DNA of 64,000 nt from Paraburkholderia sp. (lineage in GTDB: Bacteria; Pseudomonadota; Gammaproteobacteria; Burkholderiales; Burkholderiaceae), in the NCBI RefSeq assembly GCF_028283785.1, contig NZ_JAPWKB010000003.1, forward strand, positions 111,211 to 175,210, in the 5' to 3' direction. Positions 55,856-63,931 of this stretch are shown piece by piece. The first letter of the stretch is position 1. Every line of letters begins with the position of its first letter. A program made the translations under genes and the position numbers. The notes under the pieces are model-generated. The model was not told the DNA's origin, ran no database searches, and saw nothing but the letters and a program-made list of their open reading frames with translations.

Positions 55856-56650
55856 TTAGTTTCCGCCAGCCAGGCCGGACCCCGACCGGTACACGACCTC
55901 ACCTGCGATCTGCAGCCCCTCGAGCTGCTCGGCAGAGATGATCTTGTCCGGATACTCAGAGTTGTAGGAATGAAGGCGCAAAGCGCCCTCGGGTTCCTTG
56001 AAGATCTGTTTCACAAGCGGCTCGTCTTCGAATGTCACCGCATAGATTAGGCCGTCTTTGACCCGGGTTTTCGCCGTGCAGATCATCATCATGTCTCGAT
56101 TGAACAAGTAGGGCTCCATGCTCCGGCCATGAACCTGAGCCAACTTGCAATCCTGCGGGCGCACACCGAGCGCCTTGAAAAACCCGATATCAAACGGCAG
56201 CGCTTTTTTCTGTCGCACTTCCCACTGAATCACGCCGTTCCCCGCTGAATAACGATAGTCATACCGGTCGATCCATACCCGATCGCTGTCGGGCTCCAGG
56301 TCGTCCGGCTTCTCCCAGGTAACCAAGTTACCTTTGTCTGAAGGGAGTAATTCAGCGATTACACGCTTTGTTTGGTCGTTTATCTCCGCACTCTCAAGCG
56401 GAGATTCGTGTTTAAGACCGCTCGGGACCATCTCTCCGACGCCCGTTAGCAACCATGTTGCGTCACATCCAATAAGGGCCTGCGCCTTCAGCGCGCCCTC
56501 TCTTGACACGCCCCGGCTCGACCAGTTGGTGATCGACTGAGGCACCACATCAAGCAGACGAGCGACATCCGAAGGGCCTTCAACACCCTTCATTTCTTTG
56601 GCAGCCAGGAACAACCGTGCGGCTGTTCCGTGAATAACGCGTTCTTTCAT
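55856..56650 (-). CDS. cI: CI-like repressor (XRE HTH + S24 LexA-type autopeptidase)
   Basis: ATG 56650. HTH DVARLLDVVPQSITNWSSRG. S24 motifs GRSMEP and VKQI (Ser/Lys dyad region). Confidence 0.9.
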   Translation of the reverse strand: MKERVIHGTAARLFLAAKEMKGVEGPSDVARLLDVVPQSITNWSSRGVSREGALKAQALIGCDATWLLTGVGEMVPSGLKHESPLESAEINDQTKRVIAELLPSDKGNLVTWEKPDDLEPDSDRVWIDRYDYRYSAGNGVIQWEVRQKKALPFDIGFFKALGVRPQDCKLAQVHGRSMEPYLFNRDMMMICTAKTRVKDGLIYAVTFEDEPLVKQIFKEPEGALRLHSYNSEYPDKIISAEQLEGLQIAGEVVYRSGSGLAGGN

Positions 56651-56668
56651 GGCCGCGATCTTTGCACA

Positions 56669-56747
56669 AGTAAACGGAATGTTGTTACACGCGGCGTTTG
56701 TAAAATCTGTTGACGGTGGTTTAAACATAGTGTGTAATGTACTCACC
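56669..56747 (+). promoter_or_regulatory. putative pR/OR (and pRM region) between cI and cro
   Basis: TTGACG (56710-56715), a 17-nt spacer, then TGTAAT (56733-56738), with GTTTAAAC (56719-56726) in the spacer. Degenerate half-sites at CGTTTGTAAAA (~56695) and GTAAACGG (~56670). Confidence 0.55.
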
Positions 56748-57020
56748 ATGATTAAACACACCGACCTTCACCCCGACAGCCAGCTCATCGAAGAGCTGGG
56801 CGGTGCCACCAAGTTGGCCGAACGGCTTGGCTACCAGGCGCGCGGCGGCATTCAGCGGATCCAGAACTGGAAGACGCGCGGAATACCAGCCGAAGTCAAG
56901 CTGGAGCACCCCGAGCTGTTCCTGACCGATCTTATTGATCGCGCCAGGGCGACAGACGATACCCAGCCGCCAGTCGGGACAGTAAAGGGATCGGACAAGC
57001 TCTCGAAGATGGTCGCGTAG
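56748..57020 (+). CDS. cro: Cro/YdaS-like HTH regulator
   Basis: ATG 56748. LIEELGGATKLAERLGYQARGGIQRIQNWKTRGIPAEV. Divergent from cI. No SD; the ATG lies ~10 nt after the -10 element. Confidence 0.6.
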   Translation: MIKHTDLHPDSQLIEELGGATKLAERLGYQARGGIQRIQNWKTRGIPAEVKLEHPELFLTDLIDRARATDDTQPPVGTVKGSDKLSKMVA

Positions 57021-57143
57021 CGGTTTCATAGTTTTTCGTTTTTCTAGGGTGCCTGAGTGGTGCCCTTATTTTGCAGTGCAGCGCAACTGGGGAACAAAGA
57101 GGGGCATCAATTGGGTCTCGATGAAATTTAACTAGAGGACGAA

Positions 57144-57512
57144 ATGGATCAGTTTGAGATGCGGATGTTCGCGATGTACCAGGAGCCAGCCAAGCTCCCC
57201 GAGTCGCAAATTGACGCGATGACGTTTGAGAACACGCTTTCGCTCGCGTTAGAGCTTGGCCTCAAGCGCTTTGATCGCAAGTCACTCGCCAAGCTGTGCG
57301 GCATTCACTATCCGCACTTCGGTGATCTGGTTGCGGGCAAACGGCCCTTCCCGGCTGTGAAGCTGTCGAAGTTTTGCATCCTGACGGCGTGCGATTACCC
57401 GCGCCAATGGATCGCAGTTCAGGAGCGCAAGGAAGTGGAGAAATACAAGGCGGCAAGCGCGCAGATGCTCGGCGAATTCATTCAACAGGCGATGCAAAAA
57501 GTGGCCGCCTGA
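57144..57512 (+). CDS. hypothetical regulatory protein in the cII position
   Basis: 122 aa with gaggacga SD. HTH-like SLAKLCGIHYPHFGDLVAGKR. Function guessed from position only. Confidence 0.4.
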   Translation: MDQFEMRMFAMYQEPAKLPESQIDAMTFENTLSLALELGLKRFDRKSLAKLCGIHYPHFGDLVAGKRPFPAVKLSKFCILTACDYPRQWIAVQERKEVEKYKAASAQMLGEFIQQAMQKVAA

Positions 57513-57597
57513 AGAGCGCTGGGCCGGTCGAAAACCAAGGCGCTTTCGAGCGTCTTTTGTTGACTCTGGAGCAGGTAAAAACTCCCGGGCCTAAAAA

Positions 57598-57828
57598 ATG
57601 AGCAACTTGGAACGCGAAGTAATGGTTTCTACCAAGACGAATTACGACGAGTTTGGACCGGTTGAGGCAGCACATCGTGCGTATCTCGAGGCCGCGAGTG
57701 GCAATCGTGACCGGTCGCTGTTGTGGAAGGTCACAAGGCATCACGCGACGTTCTTTGGCGCCCTTGGACTGCTTGTGTTGCTCGCGCTCCTGCCGGCCGC
57801 TGGACTTCTTTGTGGGTGGTTCAAATGA
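57598..57828 (+). CDS. hypothetical protein with C-terminal TM helix
   Basis: 76 aa, ending FFGALGLLVLLALLPAAGLLCGWFK. Confidence 0.5.
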   Translation: MSNLEREVMVSTKTNYDEFGPVEAAHRAYLEAASGNRDRSLLWKVTRHHATFFGALGLLVLLALLPAAGLLCGWFK

Positions 57829-58007
57829 ATGGATTCGAATCTCGAGCTTTGGACGTATCGCTGTTCGCTATCAACGAACTGGTTGCTCGCATCACGGTCG
57901 CCCAAACGGTCGAGGTTCGCATGCAACTGGCGAATGAACTCAAGGCCGAGATCGGCGCGTATCTCCGCGATATGACGGCTACGGCTTGTGTTGGCAAGGG
58001 GAAGTGA
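57825..58007 (+). CDS. hypothetical protein (60 aa)
   Basis: ATG 57825 overlaps the upstream stop (ATGA). Confidence 0.45.
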   Translation: MNGFESRALDVSLFAINELVARITVAQTVEVRMQLANELKAEIGAYLRDMTATACVGKGK

Positions 58008-58337
58008 ATGAGTTACGGATTTGTGTACGTTCTGGGCCACCGCTGCATGCCTGGTGTCTACAAGGTGGGCTACACCGAGCGTAGCCCCCGTGCGCGCGTT
58101 GAAGAGCTGAACAAGAGCACGTCGATACCAGGTGATTTCGACCTGATCTGTTATGCGGAGTATGAGAATCCGCGTGATCGAGAGCAAGAAATTCATAGGC
58201 TCCTCGATGCTTTCAGAGTTACGCGGGACCGCGAGTTCTTCAAATGCGACCTGATCCATATAACCAGCCTTGTGATGGAGAGGAAGAGGCCTGTTCGCTG
58301 GCGAGCATCAAAAGGATGCGTTTCTATACAGCGATAG
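58008..58337 (+). CDS. GIY-YIG/T5orf172-type nuclease domain protein
   Basis: GFVYVLGHRCMPGVYKVGYTERSPRARVEELN ... REQEIHRLL ... REFF. Confidence 0.7.
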   Translation: MSYGFVYVLGHRCMPGVYKVGYTERSPRARVEELNKSTSIPGDFDLICYAEYENPRDREQEIHRLLDAFRVTRDREFFKCDLIHITSLVMERKRPVRWRASKGCVSIQR

Positions 58338-58431
58338 CCCGAAATTCCGGGAGCGCCTCCGCGTAGCTGAGCAAATGTCCCGCGATGTCGGGATCGAGCC
58401 AACAAAGAACTGTGCTGGCGCAGGAGCGTAA

Positions 58432-58920
58432 ATGGAATGGTTCCGCTGGTGGCACGGCACCCTGACCGATCCGAAGTTCCAATGGGTCGCGCGGAAGTCT
58501 GGCCAATCGTTTACCTCGGTGATCGCACTTTGGGTCGCGTTGCTCGAACGAGCCAGCAGTGTGACGCAAGGTGACGCAGATGTGACGCGCGGTGACGTCG
58601 CAGGATTTGACTGTGACGACCATGATGTTTTGTTCGGCCTAGATGATGGTTGTTGCGCCCGGATTCTGGATGCTTTTGTTGCCAAGGGGATGATCGCCAA
58701 CGGCGTGATCACGAACTGGGAAAAGCGCCAGCCTAAGCGCGAAGACTCAAGCGCAGCAAGGACTCGCGCGTATCGTGAGCGCAAAGCACAGGAGTCCTCT
58801 GTGACCACCGGTGACGCTGCTGTGACGCACGGTGACGATAAGAAGAGAGAAGAGAAGAGCAGAGAAAACCCAGAGCCTAACGGCTCTGTCGACAGCGGCG
58901 CAAAGGGCAGCGCCGACTGA
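58432..58920 (+). CDS. putative replication-origin-associated protein (contains iteron arrays)
   Basis: 162-aa ORF immediately upstream of the helicase-loader-like and dnaB genes. Carries two arrays of GTGACGC repeats. Function inferred from position and the iterons. Confidence 0.55.
   Translation: MEWFRWWHGTLTDPKFQWVARKSGQSFTSVIALWVALLERASSVTQGDADVTRGDVAGFDCDDHDVLFGLDDGCCARILDAFVAKGMIANGVITNWEKRQPKREDSSAARTRAYRERKAQESSVTTGDAAVTHGDDKKREEKSRENPEPNGSVDSGAKGSAD
58561..58619. repeat. iteron array 1: five GTGACG(C/T/A) heptamers, first four phased 10-11-10 bp
   Basis: Copies at 58561, 58571, 58582, 58592 and 58613, read directly. Confidence 0.8.
58801..58838. repeat. iteron array 2: four GTGAC(C/G) heptamers phased 10-11-10 bp
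   Basis: Copies at 58801, 58811, 58822 and 58832. Same spacing as array 1. Confidence 0.8.
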
Positions 58921-58927
58921 CGACCTG

Positions 58928-59328
58928 TTGGCGGCAGAGATCGGAAAGGTAACGGCTGAGACCGGGGAGTCCGACAACGCTTCACTGCACTGCCCCGTCT
59001 CCCGAATCGTTAGCGCATATCACGAGTTGATGCCCCTGAATCCGAGGGTCAAGGTTTTGAATGACAAGCGCAGGAAGTCTATTTCTGCGCGCTGGCGTGA
59101 GGCTGCAAGGTTGGATTTCAAGCCATTCGGTTATGCGACGGTTCAGCAGGGCCTGGATGCGTGGAGAGAGTTTTTCACAGTCTGCGCAGGCTCAGATTTC
59201 CTGACTGGCAAAGGAAAGCCCAAGCCAGGGCTGGGGCCGTTCTCTTGGCTGACATCGACTTCCTGATGTCGCCGGAAGGCTTTGCGAAGTGCTTTGAGAA
59301 CAAGTACCACCGTGAGGTTAAAGAATGA
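58928..59328 (+). pseudogene. replication accessory protein with a reading-frame break near 59235-59245
   Basis: Frame 2 gives CPVSRIVSAYHELMPLNPRVKVLNDKRRKSISARWREA...FFTVCAGSDFLTGKGKPKPG. The family-typical ending ADIDFLMSPEGFAKCFENKYHREVKE is in frame 1 and overlaps the dnaB start by ATGA. The start codon (TTG 58928) is uncertain. Confidence 0.45.
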
Positions 59329-60734
59329 ATGCCCCCGACCGATTTATCGAAGGCCGCAGCTTGAACGTACCGCCGCACAGCGCTGAAGCCGAGCAATCCG
59401 TTCTCGGCGCGCTGATGTTCGACAACGACGCGATGGACCGGATCGCCGATCTCCGCGCGACGCACTTTTACCGCTACGACCACCGCATCATTTTCGATTG
59501 CATCGCGAAGCTGATCGTCTCCGGTCGCAACGCCGACGTCATCACGGTTTATGAATCGCTTGGTACGGCTGGCAAGGCTGACGAGATCGGCGGTCTTGCG
59601 TACCTGAACACGCTCGTGCAGAACACGCCGGGAAGCAGTGGCATCCGTCGCTGGGCGGAGATTGTGATCAACCGCGCGAAGCTGCGCGGCCTGATTTCGG
59701 CTGCCGACGAAATCTCCGCAATGGCGTTTCAGCCGGAGGGTCGCGAAGTGTCCGAGATCATCGCCCACGCGCAAGCGAAGCTCGAGCCGCTGGCCGATGC
59801 GGGTGCTCGCGAACCGGCGTTCATCGCCACGTTCCTGACGCCGATCATTGAACGCATCGACCAGGAGTTTCACGGCAGCACGGAAGTCAAGACATCGTAT
59901 TCGACCGGACTTCGGGACCTCGACGAGAAGCTGGGCGGCGGCATGAAAGGCGGTCAACTGATCATCGTTGCTGGGCGCCCGGCAATGGGAAAAAGCGCGA
60001 TCGCACTCGGCGTGTCTGAGTCTGTAGCCGATGCTGGCGCGACGGCTATGTTTTTCACGCAGGAAATGACTGGGTCAGAGTTGACGTCACGTTCGCTCTC
60101 CCGGAAGTCGGGGCTTGCACTGGACAAGATCCTGAACGGCGCGAAGATCGGCCAACAAACCGACGCCGACTGGTCAATGCTGACGCTGGGCGTTCAGCGG
60201 CTGTCTGAATTGCCGCTTCTGATCGACGAGACGGCCGGCATTTCATTGCCAGAGATTCAGGCTCGTGCTCGCGCGGCGAAGCGCAAGCATGGCTTGGGGC
60301 TGATCGTCGTCGACTATCTTGGGCTGATGGCGGCATCGCAGGGTGCGAACCGGACTGAGCAGGTCGGCGCGAACAGTCGCGGTCTGAAGACGTTAGCGAA
60401 GCAGCTCGACATTCCGATCCTGTTGCTGGCCCAGCTCAACCGGAAGCTCGAGGAGAGAAACAACAAGCGCCCGATGCTTTCCGACCTCCGTGACTCTGGA
60501 GAAATTGAACAGGATGCGGACGTGGTTCTGTTCCTGTATCGCGACGAAGTCTACAACCCGGATTCGCCCGAGCGCGGTACCGCCGAGATCAATGTGGCTA
60601 AGCAGCGTAACGGCCCGACCGGGATCGTCCGAGCAGCCTACTTTGGCGAGCGAACTACGTTTTCGGACATGGAGCCGGGTTATATGCCGGAACTGCGCAA
60701 AGCGCCAGAGAAAGCACGGCGCGGTTTCGAGTAA
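59325..60734 (+). CDS. dnaB: replicative DNA helicase
   Basis: 469 aa. N-terminal PPHSAEAEQSVLGALM, Walker A GRPAMGKS, DYLGLM, and SLKTLAKQLDIPILLLAQLNR motifs. Confidence 0.95.
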   Translation: MNAPDRFIEGRSLNVPPHSAEAEQSVLGALMFDNDAMDRIADLRATHFYRYDHRIIFDCIAKLIVSGRNADVITVYESLGTAGKADEIGGLAYLNTLVQNTPGSSGIRRWAEIVINRAKLRGLISAADEISAMAFQPEGREVSEIIAHAQAKLEPLADAGAREPAFIATFLTPIIERIDQEFHGSTEVKTSYSTGLRDLDEKLGGGMKGGQLIIVAGRPAMGKSAIALGVSESVADAGATAMFFTQEMTGSELTSRSLSRKSGLALDKILNGAKIGQQTDADWSMLTLGVQRLSELPLLIDETAGISLPEIQARARAAKRKHGLGLIVVDYLGLMAASQGANRTEQVGANSRGLKTLAKQLDIPILLLAQLNRKLEERNNKRPMLSDLRDSGEIEQDADVVLFLYRDEVYNPDSPERGTAEINVAKQRNGPTGIVRAAYFGERTTFSDMEPGYMPELRKAPEKARRGFE

Positions 60735-60797
60735 GGAGATCGGGAAGATGGAGCGAGTTGTCAAGTATGCATGTAGGACTACTGATGAGGAATCCGC

Positions 60798-61088
60798 ATG
60801 AGGCGCGCAGCACGAGTTGACGGTAATCAGGCAGAAATCGTCAGTGCCTTACGTGCAGTCGGGGCTAGCGTTACGCCAACGCACCAACTAGGCGGCGGAT
60901 TTCCCGATCTGGTTGTCGGCTTCCGAAGGCGCTCGATTCTGTTTGAAGTGAAAGATCCCAAGCAACCGCTCAGCAAGCGAAAGCTGACGGACGACGAAGC
61001 GATCTGGTTTGGGAATTGGAAGGGCGAAGCACACATCGTTGAGACGGCGGAACAAGCGATCGCCATTTTATTGAAGGAGCCGTCGTGA
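60798..61088 (+). CDS. VRR-NUC / PD-(D/E)XK nuclease-like protein
   Basis: GGFPDLVVGF...ILFEVK motif; 96 aa; gaggaa SD. Confidence 0.55.
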   Translation: MRRAARVDGNQAEIVSALRAVGASVTPTHQLGGGFPDLVVGFRRRSILFEVKDPKQPLSKRKLTDDEAIWFGNWKGEAHIVETAEQAIAILLKEPS

Positions 61089-61294
61089 GTGATCTGAACA
61101 TCGAGGTCGGTTGTGGTTACCTGTGGGTATCGGCTTACCGCCATGAGGCGCCACGGCCAGTCCAGTGTGTCGGCGAGCGGAAAGGCGGATTCAAGTTGAG
61201 CAACGGATGGGTGGTCGACCAGATGGGCGTTGCTGAGGGAACTAACCGCCAGCGCGGCGGCAGGATCGAAAGCCTAGAGAAGGAGAACCAGTGA
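61085..61294 (+). CDS. hypothetical phage protein
   Basis: 69-aa ORF coupled to its neighbours. Confidence 0.45.
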   Translation: MSDLNIEVGCGYLWVSAYRHEAPRPVQCVGERKGGFKLSNGWVVDQMGVAEGTNRQRGGRIESLEKENQ

Positions 61295-61806
61295 TGGGAC
61301 GCACATCCAAGCCCCGCAAGCCTTTCAAGCGCCGCCCAGTCCAGACGGACGCCGTCATGTTCCTCATGAACGGCGACGAGCCCCTCGACGCATCGCTGCG
61401 CATGACGATCCTGACGACCGTTCATGCATCGGCCGCTAGCCTTGCTCGAGGATCGGGTGACAAGGAATCGTGGAACGTGATCGTCAACGCACTGAACATC
61501 GCGCTTGTCCTGAGTGAGGACGCCGGTAACAACGCGTTGGGACTCGAAGTGGTCTATGCCGGGCAGAACGCGATGATCGCGGTCGCCGAGCGGTTCCACC
61601 GTACAGAGCGACTGGTGTTCGCTGGCGGGGAATTGCAGGCGCTCAATAGCGCGCTTGCCCTCTTTGAGCAGATGGTCGATACGGTCACGAAGCGCCAGTA
61701 CACGCGTGCGGCGGGCGAGACGGTGCGCCGCAAGAATGCTGGCGACGTTGTGCGGATCAGGAAGGAAGGCACGACCAAGCGGTTTGAGCTGGTGGAGGTC
61801 GCATAA
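61291..61806 (+). CDS. hypothetical phage protein
   Basis: 171-aa ORF with natural composition. Confidence 0.55.
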   Translation: MMGRTSKPRKPFKRRPVQTDAVMFLMNGDEPLDASLRMTILTTVHASAASLARGSGDKESWNVIVNALNIALVLSEDAGNNALGLEVVYAGQNAMIAVAERFHRTERLVFAGGELQALNSALALFEQMVDTVTKRQYTRAAGETVRRKNAGDVVRIRKEGTTKRFELVEVA

Positions 61807-62166
61807 ATGCCGCAGCCGCCCAAAACCCGCGACGCCATCACTCTCGTTCTGAAAGAGATGGGCCCGATGACGGCCGAGGAAATTGCCCAAGAGTTGGGCA
61901 TGAAGCTGAAGACTGTTCAATCCGCGATCTGCATTGCTCGAAAGAAACCGCAGAAGTATTTCTACATCGTCGACTTCGTTTTCACGCCAGGGCTCAATGG
62001 TGTTCCAGCCATCTATGCGGCCGGCAACAAGCGAGACGCGTTGCGCATGACGCGGCGCGAGCGTTCGAAAGAGCGTTACGAACGGAACAGGCCAACGCGA
62101 GAGCTGATGCATCAGGTGATGCCGGGCAACCCGTTCGGCGTATTGATCGCTCAGGTGACGCAATGA
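61807..62166 (+). CDS. hypothetical winged-helix-like protein
   Basis: 119 aa, with MTAEEIAQELGMKLKTVQSAICIARKK. Confidence 0.5.
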   Translation: MPQPPKTRDAITLVLKEMGPMTAEEIAQELGMKLKTVQSAICIARKKPQKYFYIVDFVFTPGLNGVPAIYAAGNKRDALRMTRRERSKERYERNRPTRELMHQVMPGNPFGVLIAQVTQ

Positions 62167-62495
62167 CAGCCGCCGACAAGATTTTCGCTCACATCACGGC
62201 CAACGGAAGCGCGACGCGGCCCGCGATGGAAAAGAAGTTCGACCTCTGCGAAAAAACCGTCGACGCGGCATTTCGCAAGCTTGAGCGACTTGGCTACATC
62301 AAACGCGACGGGCTAACGCCGAAGATCCGCCACCGGAAAAGCGCGGTCATCTTCGTGCTGGCCAGCGCGGAACCGGATCTGAAACTGATCGCCGACACGC
62401 GTGGCAGGCCAAGCGTGAAAGCGACAAAAGCCGGGCCAACGTTTGACGCGCTTGGCGCCGCGATGAACGCTCTATTTCAACGGAGAGTCGCATGA
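62163..62495 (+). CDS. hypothetical MarR-like winged-helix protein
   Basis: 110 aa, with ATRPAMEKKFDLCEKTVDAAFRKLERLGYIKRDG. Confidence 0.5.
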   Translation: MTAADKIFAHITANGSATRPAMEKKFDLCEKTVDAAFRKLERLGYIKRDGLTPKIRHRKSAVIFVLASAEPDLKLIADTRGRPSVKATKAGPTFDALGAAMNALFQRRVA

Positions 62496-63404
62496 AGAGC
62501 GCATACGTACACCGCTACGAAAAGAATTCAACGGGAACCGATTGGTGCGTTGGCGACAAGTTTGGCCGACTGACGTTGCTAGTAATTCATAAGGGAAGTA
62601 GGGGTCAATCAGTTAAGTGGGACATGGTTTGCGATTGCGGAAAGCAAACCACCAAGAACAAGAGTGATGTCGTCTATGGAAGATCGAGAAGTTGCGGGTG
62701 CCTGAGACATGAAACGGCAGGGTTACACATACGACCGATAGACTTGACGGGTCATAAGTTTGGTCGTTTGACGGCACTGAAATTGATGCCTAAGACGACC
62801 ACTCGGAGAAGTTGGGAATGTCTTTGCGACTGCGGCACAACGACAATCGTTGATGTAGGCGACCTGCGCGGAGGGACGACGGTGAGTTGCGGGTGCTATA
62901 GGGCCCAGCGGGCAGCTAAAGATAACGCAAAGGACATAGCCGGGAAGAAATTTGGGCGCCTCAGGGCTATCACTCCAATTAGCGCGTCGCACAGGGGCGT
63001 CCTTTGGAATTGCTTGTGCGAATGCGGAAGATCCCATGAGTGCTTGGCCACCAACCTGATAGGCGGCCGAGTAGGATCCTGCGGCTGCGCGGTAATTGAT
63101 AAGCCGGGGATTCTTTCTGGATCAGTACTAGCTAGGTTTCACACTCGACGCGCAAAAAAAAGGGGCTGCTGGAGGGCGATTCACTCACGATCAGGTAACG
63201 AATCTCTACGCAAAGCAGCGTGGGCGATGCGCTTGGTGCCGGGATAAATTGGGCAAAAAATTCCATCGCGATCATCGTACGCCATTAGCCTTGGGCGGCA
63301 CCAATTACATTGAGAACATTGAATTGCTGTGCCCTCCGTGCAATCTCAAGAAGGGCCATAAACACCCAGACGATTGGGCACAACAGAATGGGAGACTTTT
63401 ATGA
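62492..63404 (+). pseudogene. HNH endonuclease with three tandem FGRL...CxCxCG...SCGC zinc-ribbon modules, frame broken at an A8 tract
   Basis: Frame 2 carries three modules and stops at 63247. Frame 3 from the A8 run (63154-63161) reads KKGAAGGRFTHDQVTNLYAKQRGRCAWCRDKLGKKFHRDHRTPLALGGTNYIENIELLCPPCNLKKGH..., a canonical CxxC-HxxH-N-CxxC HNH, ending at 63404. Confidence 0.7.
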
Positions 63405-63450
63405 GACCGCTCGTGAAGCCGGCGACGCAAAAGCTGCAGTGGGAGGAAGC

Positions 63451-63716
63451 GTGAATTGCAAACCCGGTGATTTGGCTTACATCGTCCGCGACGGCGGATC
63501 CGACTGTCTCGGACTCGTCGTTGAGGTAATTCGACGCAGTGCCCGACATGACGGAACGCCATGTTGGTTGGTCGGTGTTCGGAGGGGTATCACCTCGAAC
63601 ATCGCGAAACCGGCAAACCTATCGAGGGGCGCGAGTTCCGAATTCCGGACTCATGGCTGCGCCCGATCGGCGGCGTTCCCATCCACGATGAAGCAACCGA
63701 CGAGGTGACGGCATGA
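63451..63716 (+). pseudogene. hypothetical phage protein with a probable reading-frame break near 63565-63580
   Basis: GTG 63451 (gggagga SD) opens frame 1 (VNCKPGDLAYIVRDGGSDCLGLVVEVIRR...PCWLV). The plausible C-terminus (CSEGYHLEHRETGKPIEGREFRIPDSWLRPIGGVPIHDEATDEVTA) is in frame 3 and ends with an ATGA overlap onto the next gene. Confidence 0.4.
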
Positions 63717-63931
63717 GCGCCTACTCAGTAATCGGCTTCGACAAAAGCGGCCTGTACGAATACGCCACGCGCCAAGGGATGCATCCGGCGTCGGCAAACA
63801 AGCTGATGGAGTTCGCGATCGAGATTCAGCGGCGGGCGCTCTCCCACGCCGCGCTCGACCGGATGCAGCGCAATGCGGAAGAGTTGGGATTCGCGGTGGA
63901 GATGCGGGTTATTGAACCGGAGGGAGTGTGA
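63713..63931 (+). CDS. hypothetical phage protein
   Basis: 72-aa ORF. Confidence 0.5.
   Translation: MSAYSVIGFDKSGLYEYATRQGMHPASANKLMEFAIEIQRRALSHAALDRMQRNAEELGFAVEMRVIEPEGV

Noticed and set aside
58432-59328. One ~298-aa replication gene with two compensating frameshifts
   Set aside because: Two separate genes plus a single 3' break explains the frames with one event instead of two. This remains uncertain because the start of the second gene is weak.
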